64,000 nucleotides of DNA from Oscillospiraceae bacterium (GTDB lineage: Bacteria > Bacillota > Clostridia > Oscillospirales > Ruminococcaceae). The stretch is taken from assembly GCA_017439985.1 (NCBI GenBank), contig JAFSIC010000028.1, forward strand, positions 996-64,995. The letters run 5' to 3'. Both the position numbers and the translations under genes were made by a program. A model generated the notes under the pieces. The model saw only the letters and a list, made by a program, of their open reading frames with translations, did not search any database and was not told the DNA's origin. Below are positions 35,843 to 46,816 of this stretch, in pieces. The first letter of the stretch is position 1, and each line of letters opens with the position of its first letter.

Positions 35843-36778
35843 ATGGAATTATTTGACCTGCATTGCGACACGATCATGAGACTTCAGAAAGAAAACGCTG
35901 ACTTCTTCTGCAAGAACACCATGGTGTCCATCAACGAACTGGAAAAATTCAAACGTTACTGCCAGGCGATCGCAGTTTTCGTACCGGACCGTTTCCGCGG
36001 TGATGAAGCAGAACAGTTCTTCATCGACAGAAACGAATACTTCAAACATCTGATGGATGTGAACAAGGATCATGTGGAACAGGTTTGGACCTATGAAGAC
36101 ATTGATCGCATCACCAAACAGGGCAAACTGGCAGCTATGCTGACCGTAGAAGGTGCTGCTTGCCTCAATGGTAAAATTGAAAATGTAAAATTCCTCCACG
36201 ATTGCGGCGTTAAAATCATGACCCTGACCTGGAACGGTGAAAACGAACTGGCTTCCGGTCACGACACTCAGAAGGGCTTTACCGAATTCGGTCGTGCTGC
36301 AGTCAAAGAAATGGAAAAAGTGGGTATCATCGTTGATAACTCCCATTTGAACGATGTTTGCTTCTGGGAACTCTGTGAATTCGCTGAAAAACCATTCATC
36401 GAGACTCACTCCAACATCCGCACTGCTTGCGGTCACCGCAGAAATGTAACCGAAGAACGCTTTGCTGAATATGTAAAACGCGGCGGTATCATCGGTCTGA
36501 ACCTCTGCGATGCTTTTATCGTGGACGATCCAAAAGCAGAAGCTGCAAACTACGACGCACTCTTCCGCCATGTTGACCGTATGCTGGAACTGGGCGGTGA
36601 AAACGTTGTTTGCTGCGGTTCCGACTTCGACGGTGCATCCGTACATGAAAGCCTGAACACCCCAGTGAAATTTGCAGGTTTTGCAGATTACATGCTTGCT
36701 CATGGTATCAGCGAGACTGTTGTGAAGAAGATCATGTGGGAAAACGCTGCTGACTTCATGAAGAAATACATGAAATAA
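35843..36778 (+). CDS. membrane dipeptidase (peptidase family M19)
   Basis: FDLHCDT N-terminus and the HSN / GSDFDG metal-ligand regions. Confidence 0.8.
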   Translation: MELFDLHCDTIMRLQKENADFFCKNTMVSINELEKFKRYCQAIAVFVPDRFRGDEAEQFFIDRNEYFKHLMDVNKDHVEQVWTYEDIDRITKQGKLAAMLTVEGAACLNGKIENVKFLHDCGVKIMTLTWNGENELASGHDTQKGFTEFGRAAVKEMEKVGIIVDNSHLNDVCFWELCEFAEKPFIETHSNIRTACGHRRNVTEERFAEYVKRGGIIGLNLCDAFIVDDPKAEAANYDALFRHVDRMLELGGENVVCCGSDFDGASVHESLNTPVKFAGFADYMLAHGISETVVKKIMWENAADFMKKYMK

Positions 36779-36846
36779 ACCAAAAGGGAAGGAGAGGGCG
36801 ACCTTTCCTTCCTGATTTTTTGGTAAGATTAAGAAAGGACTGGAAC

Positions 36847-37542
36847 ATGGCACTGTTTGTGATCGCAGATACCCATCTGTCTTTGTCTACGGACAAGCCG
36901 ATGGACATATTTAACGGCTGGGACAATTACATGGAACGGCTGGAAAAGAACTGGCGTGCTCTGGTCAGTGAAAAGGATACGGTAGTTATTCCGGGCGATG
37001 TATCCTGGGCAATGGACCTGAAGGACTGCGAAAAGGACTTCGCTTTCCTCCAGGCTTTGCCGGGACGGAAGATCCTGATGAAGGGCAACCATGACTACTG
37101 GTGGACTACCAAAAAGAAGATGGACGCTTATCTGGAAGAGAAAGGCTTTGACAGTCTTCATATTCTGTCCAACAACAGTTTTGAATATGAGAATGTCGCT
37201 ATTTGCGGAACCCGCGGCTGGATTTTTGAAGGCGGGCAGCCGCAGGATCAGAAGATTGTAGCAAGAGAAGCCGGACGCTTGAAAATGTCTCTGGAAGATG
37301 CGGAAAAGCGATTCCCAGACAAAGAGAAGCTGGTATTTCTGCACTATCCGCCGGTCTATGGCAATGAGACCAACGAGAGTATTCTGCAGGTGCTGAGAGA
37401 CTTCGGTATCAAGCGCTGCTGGTATGGACATATCCATTCTGCCGGCTGCCGCTTTGCGCTGAATGGGGAATACGAAGGGGTGGAATACCGCCTGATCTCC
37501 GCAGATTATCTGAAATTTACACCGAAAATCATTCATATTTAA
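36847..37542 (+). CDS. metallophosphoesterase
   Basis: VIADTHL, PGDVSW, GNHDYWW and YGHIH motifs. Start moved to ATG 36847. Confidence 0.8.
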   Translation: MALFVIADTHLSLSTDKPMDIFNGWDNYMERLEKNWRALVSEKDTVVIPGDVSWAMDLKDCEKDFAFLQALPGRKILMKGNHDYWWTTKKKMDAYLEEKGFDSLHILSNNSFEYENVAICGTRGWIFEGGQPQDQKIVAREAGRLKMSLEDAEKRFPDKEKLVFLHYPPVYGNETNESILQVLRDFGIKRCWYGHIHSAGCRFALNGEYEGVEYRLISADYLKFTPKIIHI

Positions 37543-37769
37543 GATGTTTTTCTATGGATTTTCGTCACTTCTCATAAGAAGAGTGTGCAATAACGGTTGA
37601 AAACTCCGTTTACAGAAAATTTTCACTAAAATTGTAGCATTATTTTGCGAGTTATGTTATAATACTTGCGTTTAGGATTGCTTGTCCGCGTTTTCCCGTG
37701 TTTTGGAAAGAGACGGAGCATCACTTCACTCCGCAACGGCGGACAAATGAAAGGAATGGAAACATTACA

Positions 37770-39095
37770 ATGAGTCTGATTTCTAGCAAAAAAGTAGAAA
37801 ACAATGTTGTAGAACTGCTGATCGCTGTTTCTGAAGAACAGCTGCAGGCTGCTACCCTGGCTGCTTACAAAAAGAACGTAGGCAAAATCCAGATCCCTGG
37901 CTTCCGTAAAGGCAAAGCTCCAAAGGGCATGATCGAAAAAATGTACGGCAAAGATTTCTTCTATGAAGATGCTGTAAACGAAATCTATCCAGAAGCTTAC
38001 GAAGCTGCAGTTGCTGAAGCTGCTATCGAACCTGTTGACCAGGCTTCCGTTGACAATCTGGAATTCAAAGAAGGCGAAGGCTTCACCTTCCGCGCAGTAG
38101 TTACCGTAAAACCAGAAGTTAAAATCGGCGACTACAAAGGCATCAAAATCGAGAAAAACGTAGACCAGATCATGGCTGCAGAAGTAAACGCAGAGCTGGA
38201 TAAACTCCGCGACAGAAACGGCCGTCTGGTATCCGTAGAACGCGCTGCTAAAAAAGATGACACCGTTACCATCGACTTCGAAGGTTTCATGGACGGCGTA
38301 GCATTCGAAGGCGGCAAAGGCGAGGACTACCCACTGGTTCTGGGTTCCGGCACCTTCATCCCTGGCTTTGAAGAACAGGTTATCGGTCACAAAGCTGGCG
38401 ACAACTTCGATGTAAACGTAACCTTCCCAGAAGATTACCATGTTGCTGACCTGATGGGCAAACCAGCAGTATTCAAAGTAGCAGTAAAAGGCATTCAGAA
38501 AAAAGAACTGCCAGCTCTGGACGATGAATTCGCAAAAGACGTTTCCGAGTTCGACACTCTGGCTGATCTGAAAAAAGATCTGAAAGAAAAACTGCAGTCC
38601 AAAGCAGAAGAAGCAGCTCAGAACGAATTCGAAAACAAACTGATCGACGCTGTTATCGAAAAAATGGAAGCTGACATTCCTGACTGCATGATCGCTCACA
38701 AAGCAAACGAACTGCTGAACGACTTCGCTTACCGTCTGCAGTCCCAGGGCATGAGCCTGGATGTTTACAGCCAGTACACCGGTATGGATATCGACACCCT
38801 GCGCGGCAACTTCAAAGAAAGCGCAGAACGTCAGGTTAAAATCCGTCTGGCAATGGAAAAAATCGCTGAACTGGAAGGCGTAACCGTAACTGTTGACGAA
38901 CTGGACGCTGAATACGATCGTCTGGCTGGCATGTACGGCATCGAAGCTGCTAAAGTAAAAGAACTGGTTCCAGCAGCTGACGTTGAACAGGATATGTACA
39001 TCACCAAAGCAATCGACCTGGTTCGTAACTCTGCTGATGTTACCGTTAACAAAATCAAAAAATCTGCTAAAAAAGCAGATGAGGAAGAAAAATAA
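37770..39095 (+). CDS. tig: trigger factor
   Basis: N-terminal ribosome-binding signature IPGFRKGKAP, central FKBP-like domain, position upstream of clpP-clpX. Start set to ATG 37770. Confidence 0.93.
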   Translation: MSLISSKKVENNVVELLIAVSEEQLQAATLAAYKKNVGKIQIPGFRKGKAPKGMIEKMYGKDFFYEDAVNEIYPEAYEAAVAEAAIEPVDQASVDNLEFKEGEGFTFRAVVTVKPEVKIGDYKGIKIEKNVDQIMAAEVNAELDKLRDRNGRLVSVERAAKKDDTVTIDFEGFMDGVAFEGGKGEDYPLVLGSGTFIPGFEEQVIGHKAGDNFDVNVTFPEDYHVADLMGKPAVFKVAVKGIQKKELPALDDEFAKDVSEFDTLADLKKDLKEKLQSKAEEAAQNEFENKLIDAVIEKMEADIPDCMIAHKANELLNDFAYRLQSQGMSLDVYSQYTGMDIDTLRGNFKESAERQVKIRLAMEKIAELEGVTVTVDELDAEYDRLAGMYGIEAAKVKELVPAADVEQDMYITKAIDLVRNSADVTVNKIKKSAKKADEEEK

Positions 39096-39319
39096 TCCTT
39101 CGTAACGAATCGTTCACGAATCCGACATTTTTCTACAATAACAATCGGGTATGATATACCTGTGGCAGAGCCGGTGGATCACAGCTGTTCCACCGGCTTC
39201 TGTAACGTATGGACAAATTTTCATTTCTGTGTTATCGTTTGAATATTAAGGACAAAAATCTGACCATACTGAAGTGACGACTTTTATTATTACCGATTGA
39301 CGAAACGGAGGCTTTTACT

Positions 39320-39904
39320 ATGAGTTTGGTCCCAACCGTAATCGAGCAGACCGGACGCGGCGAGCGCGCCTATGATATTTACTCCCGTCTGCTCAACGAC
39401 AGAATCATCATGCTTTGCGATGAAGTTAACGACGTGACTGCAAGCCTTGTTGTGGCACAGCTGCTGTACCTGGAAGGCCAGGATAAAGAAAAGGATATCT
39501 CCCTGTATATCAACAGCCCGGGCGGTTCCATCAGCGCAGGCATGGCAATTCATGATACCATGAAATACATTAACTGCGATGTATCCACTATTTGCATCGG
39601 TATGGCTGCATCCATGGGTGCATTCCTGCTGGCATCCGGCACTCCGGGCAAACGCTTCGCTCTGCCAAACAGCGAGATCATGATCCATCAGCCATTGATG
39701 GGCGGTCTGCAGGGTCAGGCAAGCGACATCAAGATCCATGCGGATCATATCGTTCGCACCAAAGAAAAACTGAACCGTATGCTCTCTGAGTACACCGGTC
39801 AGTCTCTGGAAACCATTCAGAAAGATACCGACCGCGACAACTATATGTCTGCGGAAGAAGCTTGCGCTTACGGCCTGATCGATAAAGTGATCACCCACAG
39901 ATAA
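39320..39904 (+). CDS. clpP: ATP-dependent Clp protease proteolytic subunit
   Basis: [13 protein letters not shown], active-site [11 protein letters not shown] and IMIHQP. Confidence 0.95.
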   Translation: MSLVPTVIEQTGRGERAYDIYSRLLNDRIIMLCDEVNDVTASLVVAQLLYLEGQDKEKDISLYINSPGGSISAGMAIHDTMKYINCDVSTICIGMAASMGAFLLASGTPGKRFALPNSEIMIHQPLMGGLQGQASDIKIHADHIVRTKEKLNRMLSEYTGQSLETIQKDTDRDNYMSAEEACAYGLIDKVITHR

Positions 39905-39927
39905 GCGGCGGAGGAGGAAGAGGCAAG

Positions 39928-41244
39928 ATGCCAAGAAACAATGATAAAGACATCCGCTGTTCTTTCTGCGGCAAACACTCCGGCGAAGTGGAACGCATGA
40001 TCGCAGGTCCCGGTGTTTATATCTGCAACGAATGTATCGAACTGTGCAATGATGTGCTCAATGACGAGCCGCCAATGCCGCGCAGCGAGCGTCATTCTCA
40101 TAGCAGCTCCCGCAAAAGTGCTTCTGCACCTCAGCAGGAGATCCCAAAACCGGCAGAGATCAAAAAAGTTCTGGACGATTATGTGATCGGTCAGGAACGC
40201 GCCAAAAAGATCCTGTCTGTTGCAATCTACAACCACTATAAACGTAACTTCCTGCAGGAACAGCCGGAATGGAGCGATGATGTGGAGCTGGCAAAGAGTA
40301 ATGTTCTGCTGATCGGTCCGACCGGTGTGGGTAAAACCATGCTGGCTCAGACTTTGGCAAAAACCCTGAACGTTCCATTCGCTATTGCAGATGCAACCAC
40401 TCTGACCGAAGCAGGTTACGTTGGTGAGGACGTAGAAAACATCCTTTTGCGTCTGATTCAGTGTGCCGACTGGGATGTGGAGCGTGCGCAGACCGGTATC
40501 ATCTACGTGGATGAGATCGATAAAATCGGCAGAAAGAGCGAGAATACCTCCATTACCCGCGATGTCAGCGGTGAAGGTGTACAGCAGGCTCTGCTGAAAA
40601 TCATCGAAGGTACCGTAGCAAATGTACCTCCGACCGGCGGCAGAAAACACCCAAATCAGGAGTTCATTCAGATCGATACTTCCAAAATCCTCTTCATTTG
40701 CGGCGGTGCGTTCGACGGAATCCAGAAGAAGATCGAACAGCGTGTGGCAAAATCCAGCCTCGGCTTTGGTTCCACACTGGCCGACAAATCTGAGTTGGAT
40801 TATGACAAGCTGATGAGCCAGGTGACCCCACAGGATCTGGTGAAATTCGGCTTGATCCCAGAGTTGATTGGTCGTCTGCCTGTTATTGCAACTCTGACCG
40901 AATTGGATGAAGAAGGTTTGATCCGAATCCTCACCGAACCAAAGAACGCTCTGGTGAAACAGTATCAGAAGCTCTTCGCGATGGAAGGTATTCAGTTGGA
41001 CTTCACTCACGAAGCCCTGCAGGCTGTTGCAAGAAAAGCAGTAGAGCGCAAAACCGGTGCTCGTGGCCTGCGTGCCATCATGGAAGAAGCGCTGGATGAA
41101 CTGATGTTCCTGAGCCCATCGGATGAAGGTGTGGTACGCATCACCGTCACCGAGGATGCGATCGAACATAAAGGCGAATGCTTGAAAGAGTACGACCCGA
41201 ACAAAAAATCAGTGAAGCTGATGCTGCCGGGTTCCGCACACTAA
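39928..41244 (+). CDS. clpX: ATP-dependent Clp protease ATP-binding subunit ClpX
   Basis: Zinc ribbon CSFCGK...CNEC, Walker A GPTGVGKT, Walker [10 protein letters not shown]. Confidence 0.95.
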   Translation: MPRNNDKDIRCSFCGKHSGEVERMIAGPGVYICNECIELCNDVLNDEPPMPRSERHSHSSSRKSASAPQQEIPKPAEIKKVLDDYVIGQERAKKILSVAIYNHYKRNFLQEQPEWSDDVELAKSNVLLIGPTGVGKTMLAQTLAKTLNVPFAIADATTLTEAGYVGEDVENILLRLIQCADWDVERAQTGIIYVDEIDKIGRKSENTSITRDVSGEGVQQALLKIIEGTVANVPPTGGRKHPNQEFIQIDTSKILFICGGAFDGIQKKIEQRVAKSSLGFGSTLADKSELDYDKLMSQVTPQDLVKFGLIPELIGRLPVIATLTELDEEGLIRILTEPKNALVKQYQKLFAMEGIQLDFTHEALQAVARKAVERKTGARGLRAIMEEALDELMFLSPSDEGVVRITVTEDAIEHKGECLKEYDPNKKSVKLMLPGSAH

Positions 41245-41253
41245 ACATATAAG

Positions 41254-41287
41254 GAGACAGTGAGAAATCGCTGTCTCTTTTCTTTTT
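41254..41287 (+). terminator. intrinsic terminator after clpX
   Basis: GAGACAG-tgagaaatcg-CTGTCTC followed by TTTTCTTTTT. Confidence 0.75.
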
Positions 41288-41453
41288 ACAAAAAATTCAT
41301 GTTTTCGACCGGCAGAATCAAATCCTGTCGTCTTGACCTTGACATTAAATCAGTGTACACTAAGAGGGTGACAGACTAACATTCACGCATATCCGCTGTA
41401 GCCGCATGCATACAGTAGCAAAGACAGAATCTGCGTGTCAGGGGGAAGAAAAC

Positions 41454-42974
41454 ATGAAAAAATGGACAATACTGCTCTTGACCGCGGCGCTGCTTTTGCA
41501 GACTGCCTGCAGCGACACACCGAGGGTTTCCGTTGCTGAGCTGACCCAGCGGGAAGAACTGCAGATGGAAGAGACGCTCGATTTACAGGAAGGCTACCCA
41601 GCGGAGCGACCGCTCATAGAGAAAGAGGAAACTCCGAAAGAAGATGATGAGAAGCAGGAAGAGAAGCCGCCTGCTGAGGAAAAACCGACAGAACAGCCTC
41701 CGCAGGAGGAAAAGCCTGCAGAACCGATTCCGGAAGCTCCTCAGCTGCCTGCAGAACCTCCGGTAGTGGAACCACCAGAACCACCACAAGCGGAAAAGGC
41801 CCCGGAAAGTACGGTCGTACCTCCAAAAGAAGAGGCGGCCACAGAGGAAGAGAAACCGCAGCAAAACCTGTCTGTTACCGATGAGATCCGTGCGGTTTGG
41901 TTTTCCTATTTTGAGTTGGAAACCATGCTGCAGGGCAAAATCGAGAGCGCCTTTACTGCCAATATCGGCAGTGCCTTTGATAATGTGAATGCCTTAGGGC
42001 TCAATACAGTGATTGTTCAGGTGCGGCCTTACGCCGATGCCATTTATCCATCGGAATATTTCCCATGGTCCTACCTTGCGACAGGAACTGAGGGCGGCGA
42101 TCCCGGCTTTGATCCACTGAAAGTTATGGTACGGGAGGCGCACAACCGCGGTTTATCCATCGAAGCGTGGATCAATCCCTACCGTGTTCGGAACGCGAAT
42201 TATAAAAAAGAGCTTTCGGCAGGAAATGTCGTCAAGGAATTTCTGCAAAGCGGCGATGCCATCGAATACAATGGCGGAATCTATTTTGATCCTGCCAGCG
42301 AAAAAGCGCAGAAACTGATCGTCAATGGCGTAAAAGAAATCGTCGCCAATTATAATGTGGATGGTATCCATTTCGATGATTATTTCTATCCGACAACGGA
42401 TGAAGACTTTGACAAACGTTCCTATTCTGCTTATAAACAGAGTGGAGGGCAGCTGACATTGGCTGATTGGCGCAGAGAAAATGTCAATCGATTGGTAAAA
42501 GCCGTGTACAGTGCAGTACATGATACAAAAAACGATGTGCGCTTTGGCATCAGCCCTCAGGGAAATCTGGAAAATAACTACAACAAGCAGTTTATTGACG
42601 TTGCTTTGTGGTTATCAAAGGGCGGTTATGTGGACTATATTTGCCCGCAGATTTACTTTGGCTTTGAAAACTCCACCAGTCCTTATGCAGAAACAGTGGC
42701 ACAATGGAATGATCTGATCAGACTTTCATCTGTGGACCTGTTAGTCGGCTTAGCACCGTATAAAGTGGGAACAGAGGATACCTGGGCAGGCGATGGCAAA
42801 AACGAGTGGAAGAGCCATTCAGACCTGCTGAGCCGTATGGTGGAATGCGCCAGAGAAGAACAGCAGTACGAAGGTTTTGTGCTGTTCCGCTATGACTCTG
42901 TGTTCCATCCCGCTGCGGCGGTAAAAAGCCAAATCAATAAAGAAATCAATAACCTGAAAACGGTTTTGGAATAG
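41454..42974 (+). CDS. putative lipoprotein with glycosyl-hydrolase-like family 10 (GHL10/YngK) domain
   Basis: Signal peptide ending LLLQTAC, an E/P/K-rich linker, then VRAVWFSY...NTVIVQVRP...GFDPL...AHNRGLSIEAWINPY, typical of GHL10. Confidence 0.7.
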   Translation: MKKWTILLLTAALLLQTACSDTPRVSVAELTQREELQMEETLDLQEGYPAERPLIEKEETPKEDDEKQEEKPPAEEKPTEQPPQEEKPAEPIPEAPQLPAEPPVVEPPEPPQAEKAPESTVVPPKEEAATEEEKPQQNLSVTDEIRAVWFSYFELETMLQGKIESAFTANIGSAFDNVNALGLNTVIVQVRPYADAIYPSEYFPWSYLATGTEGGDPGFDPLKVMVREAHNRGLSIEAWINPYRVRNANYKKELSAGNVVKEFLQSGDAIEYNGGIYFDPASEKAQKLIVNGVKEIVANYNVDGIHFDDYFYPTTDEDFDKRSYSAYKQSGGQLTLADWRRENVNRLVKAVYSAVHDTKNDVRFGISPQGNLENNYNKQFIDVALWLSKGGYVDYICPQIYFGFENSTSPYAETVAQWNDLIRLSSVDLLVGLAPYKVGTEDTWAGDGKNEWKSHSDLLSRMVECAREEQQYEGFVLFRYDSVFHPAAAVKSQINKEINNLKTVLE

Positions 42975-42995
42975 AAAAAGAAGGGAGGCGGTATT

Positions 42996-45900
42996 TTGCC
43001 GAATCCAAGACGTAAGAAGAAAAAAGCAAAACAGACGCAAAAAATGGTCATCGCGTTGTCGGCGGCATTTTTGTTTATCACAGTTTGTGCCGGTACAGCA
43101 GCTTTTTTGCTGAAAGATAAGGAAAAAGAAAATCCTGTCGATGAACCGGTGCTGGAACAGCCCGTTATCGATGAAAATCAGGATGCGGAAGAACCGGAAG
43201 AAACTCCGACAGAGAATCCGCAGGAGACGCCATCTGTTGAGGGAGAAGTCAACGAAGAAACGGAGCAGCCTGACGAGGAATTGATTCCGGAAGAAACGCT
43301 GATTTCTTTCAATAAGCCGGCGGAGATGCGAGCGGTATATGTGAACGCAGGAACAGATTTCCTGACGGACAGCGGCAAAACCGATGAAGAACAGCAGACA
43401 GAGATCAACGCAATGCTGGCAAAAGCGGAGAGCTATGAGATGAATACCATTGTTATTCCGCTGCTCAGCGAGGAAGGCTCCGTGTTCTCTGTGGATTCCA
43501 TCAAATCTCGCAGTACCTTTGATGCACTGGCTTACTTAATTGAAGCTGCGCGAGGCAATGGTTTGTTTGTTTACGGTATTTATGATCTGTCCCTTTACGG
43601 AGATGGCAGTTCTGTCAGCCGCAGTGGCATTAAAAATACCGAAGTAGCCAACTTGGCGTTAGCCGCTTATGAAGAATTCATCAAGAATTATAATCTGGAC
43701 GGTGTTTTGCTGGATGGCTGCGAAAACCCGGAACTGGCTGGCAGTTACAGCGATTATATGATGCATGGCGCAGGCCGCAGCTATGAGCAGTATCTTCAGG
43801 ATAATGCCCTGATGATGGTTTCGGCAGCGCGACAGCTGACACAGAAATACAATCCAAACACACAGGTCGGTCTGCTGACTGATGCCGTTTGGGCAACTCT
43901 TGCAAATGATGAGAGCGGTGTAGATATTCCTGCAGTCAGTGAAGGCTGGAAATTGACCAATCTGAACAGCAAACAGCTTCTGGAAGAAGATCTGATCGAT
44001 TTTGCAGCAGTTGAAAACTTCACATCCACTGCAGATACAGAAATTCCATTCACAGCAATTGCTAAATGGTGGGATGCACTGGCGGCTGAACAGGAAGAAC
44101 CAATCTACATGGTTCATGCTGCGGACAGAGCCTGCACAACAGATATTTCTGCAGGCTGGGCAGCTCATGACCAGCTGACACGTCAGATGATCGCCTTGGA
44201 TGAATGTGAAAACCTGGAGGGCAGTGCCTTCCGCTCCCTCAGCAACTTGGCAGAAAACCCACAGAACAGTACCACGCTTCTGATGGATTACTTCTCCAAT
44301 AATGTGAAGAAGGAACATATCCTTACGGAGTTGGCATTCTCCAAGCCAACACAGCTGAATATTTCCACCACAGATAAAACCTATACGTTCCAGGGCGCAT
44401 CCGACCCGAATGCGGACGTCACTGTGGATGGTCAGGTTTTGGAAACCGATGAAAACGGCTTCTTCTCTTACACCGTGGAACTGCAGCCGGGTGAAAATAA
44501 GTACACCTTCCACCACAAGGCAAAAACGATGACCTTCACCATCAACCGTCAGGTACAGGTGCTGAAGGAAGTAAGCCCGACCGGTTCTATGGCGGTTGAC
44601 GGAGGTATGAAAGTATCCGTAACTGCCGTTGCCTATGAAAACTCCAATGTGATGTTTACCGTCAATGGTCAGAACTACCCGATGTCTTTGGACGAGACCA
44701 GCGGTAATGAGGATTTGAGAGGTACAACTTACAAGCGTTACACAGGTTCCTTTGTTGTTCCGGATGCAACGAAATCTGTTCAGAATCTGGGCAATATCGT
44801 TGTGACCGCAACTTGGGAAGGCGTTACCAAAACCATGGAAGGCGCCAGCGTTTCTGTCAATAAACTGGCCATCGTTGAGGATGGTGTGCTGGTTCGCGTG
44901 ACCGCAGATCAGGCCATCGTTTTCCCAACCAATGAGATCGGTAAATACCCAACCTCAGCAAACTATCGTCTGCCGAAAGGCACACTGGATTACGCTGTGG
45001 GTGAGGAAGTGACCTATAAATCCGGCAGTGACGTTCGTAAGTACTTTAAGCTGGCTTCCGGTATGCGTGTGTACAGCAGTGACATCACAGCCGTCTCCGA
45101 CAGCAACGCTTATGTAGCGAACAACAAGATCACCGGTATGACGGTGAAAGCGGATAATGACTACACTTATGTGATTCTGAAATCAGAACAGCCGGTACCG
45201 TTTATTCCATCGTACAGCAGTACCAAGTTCTCCATTGATTTCAAATACACCACTTCCATGCCGGAGGACATGGCATCGCTGACAAAGAATCCGCTGTTCA
45301 GCTCTGCGACATGGAATGATACCACCTTGACCCTTGGCCTGAAAGCACAGGGCGGTTTCTTAGGTTATAAGGCGTATCATGAAGATGGCAAAATCGTTTT
45401 CCGCTTCAATAACCCAACTACAGTCAAGGGCGCGAACATCGTCGTTGACCCGGGCCATGGCGGCGCAGATAACGGCGCTCCGGGCTTCAATCCAAACTAT
45501 CAGGAGAAGCACATCAACTGGGCTATCGCGAAGAAACTGGCAGCGAAACTGGAGAAAAAAGGCGCCAATGTTCTTTTGCTGAACACCATCAATACGACTA
45601 TGGATATGGACACCCGCCTTGCGAAAGCGCAGGCTTTCAACGCACAGGTTTACATTTCTGTTCATCATAACTCAGCGTCATCTACAGCGACAGGTACGGA
45701 AGTTTATTACTTCTATCCGTTTGCACAGTCTTTGGCGACTCGCCTGAGCTCCGCCATCAGCGGCGCGCTGAACACCAACAACCGCGGCGCACGTTTTGAT
45801 GTATTCTATGTAACTCGCGATCCTCAGTTTGTCGGAATTCTTTCTGAGGGTGGATTTATGTCCAACAATAAGGAATACCGTAAACTGATCGATGACGATT

Positions 45901-46598
45901 ATCAGGATGAGGTTGCTTCTGCAATGGCAGATGCCATTGCTTCCTTCCTGAAAGCGGCAGGTTCCGGCAATGCGGGAATCACCGGTACACAGTCTGTGGG
46001 CAGCGATGTGGGCAATGTGTCCAACGGCAACAGCAGTACAGGCGGTGAGACCAACTCCGGTACTGAAACAACAGACAAGCTGACATTCACAGAAAGCTCC
46101 ATCACTCTGACGGAAGGGGAGACCTACGATATTGACTTCACGATTCCGGACGACTACGATGAAGATGACATCGAATGGAAGAGTGAGGATGAGGATATCG
46201 TTCTGGTCAATGGCAGCGGAAAGATCAAAGCAGTAGGCGAGGGTACTGCCAAAGTTGCAGCACGCCTTGACGATATGATCGCATCCATTGAAGTCACTGT
46301 CAAAGCAGAAGGCTCTGAGGACGAAGAGGAGAATAACTCAGGTTCCGCAAGCATCAGCGGCAGCGGCTTGGAAATTGACGCTCCGGCGACGGTTGAAGTT
46401 GGCGATACTGTCCGCTTGACCGCTTATCTGAACGGCAAGGAAGCAGATGTAGAGTGGTTCATGTATGAGTACTCTCAGCAGTATGCAAGCCTCAGTTCCG
46501 GCGGTAAGCTGAAAGCGCAAAAAGCGGCTCCGATCACCGTCTGGGCAGAGCTTCCGGACGGCACAAGAGCTTCTAAGGAAATAACCATTACCAATTAA
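42996..46598 (+). CDS. large cell-wall protein: TM anchor, GHL10-like domain, N-acetylmuramoyl-L-alanine amidase (Amidase_3), C-terminal Big_2-like repeats
   Basis: TTG start after AAGGGAGG. Amidase_3 signature VVDPGHGGADNGA...ISVHHNS...GTEVYY...VTRD. The C-terminal repeats ...VLVNGSGKIKAVGEGTAKV... resemble bacterial Ig-like group 2. Confidence 0.75.
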   Translation: MPNPRRKKKKAKQTQKMVIALSAAFLFITVCAGTAAFLLKDKEKENPVDEPVLEQPVIDENQDAEEPEETPTENPQETPSVEGEVNEETEQPDEELIPEETLISFNKPAEMRAVYVNAGTDFLTDSGKTDEEQQTEINAMLAKAESYEMNTIVIPLLSEEGSVFSVDSIKSRSTFDALAYLIEAARGNGLFVYGIYDLSLYGDGSSVSRSGIKNTEVANLALAAYEEFIKNYNLDGVLLDGCENPELAGSYSDYMMHGAGRSYEQYLQDNALMMVSAARQLTQKYNPNTQVGLLTDAVWATLANDESGVDIPAVSEGWKLTNLNSKQLLEEDLIDFAAVENFTSTADTEIPFTAIAKWWDALAAEQEEPIYMVHAADRACTTDISAGWAAHDQLTRQMIALDECENLEGSAFRSLSNLAENPQNSTTLLMDYFSNNVKKEHILTELAFSKPTQLNISTTDKTYTFQGASDPNADVTVDGQVLETDENGFFSYTVELQPGENKYTFHHKAKTMTFTINRQVQVLKEVSPTGSMAVDGGMKVSVTAVAYENSNVMFTVNGQNYPMSLDETSGNEDLRGTTYKRYTGSFVVPDATKSVQNLGNIVVTATWEGVTKTMEGASVSVNKLAIVEDGVLVRVTADQAIVFPTNEIGKYPTSANYRLPKGTLDYAVGEEVTYKSGSDVRKYFKLASGMRVYSSDITAVSDSNAYVANNKITGMTVKADNDYTYVILKSEQPVPFIPSYSSTKFSIDFKYTTSMPEDMASLTKNPLFSSATWNDTTLTLGLKAQGGFLGYKAYHEDGKIVFRFNNPTTVKGANIVVDPGHGGADNGAPGFNPNYQEKHINWAIAKKLAAKLEKKGANVLLLNTINTTMDMDTRLAKAQAFNAQVYISVHHNSASSTATGTEVYYFYPFAQSLATRLSSAISGALNTNNRGARFDVFYVTRDPQFVGILSEGGFMSNNKEYRKLIDDDYQDEVASAMADAIASFLKAAGSGNAGITGTQSVGSDVGNVSNGNSSTGGETNSGTETTDKLTFTESSITLTEGETYDIDFTIPDDYDEDDIEWKSEDEDIVLVNGSGKIKAVGEGTAKVAARLDDMIASIEVTVKAEGSEDEEENNSGSASISGSGLEIDAPATVEVGDTVRLTAYLNGKEADVEWFMYEYSQQYASLSSGGKLKAQKAAPITVWAELPDGTRASKEITITN

Positions 46599-46602
46599 AG
46601 AA

Positions 46603-46639
46603 AAGCAAGGGATTTATCGCCGTAAATCCCTTGCTTTTT
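46603..46639 (+). terminator. intrinsic terminator after amidase gene
   Basis: AAGCAAGGGATTTA-tcgccg-TAAATCCCTTGCTT followed by TTT. Confidence 0.8.
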
Positions 46640-46725
46640 GCGTAAAAATGCTTAAATAAACGGTGGAAAATGTCGTAAATGCTCAAAGAATAGGGCTTAT
46701 CCATAAAAAAAGGTTGGGTAGGTAG

Positions 46726-46754
46726 TTGACAAAATTATCACGACTCGGTAAACT
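46726..46754 (+). promoter_or_regulatory. promoter of nfnAB
   Basis: TTGACA, 17 nt, TAAACT. Confidence 0.65.
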
Positions 46755-46816
46755 ATTAAATGGACCGTACTGTGTACGGAATTTTCGTATGTTCAAATAA
46801 TTAAGAGGTGAGCCAA

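Noticed and set aside
39096-39319. CtsR operator (GGTCAAA heptad repeats) or CIRCE element upstream of clpP.
   Set aside because: Only a loose TCTGACC...GTGAC resemblance is present. Neither consensus occurs.
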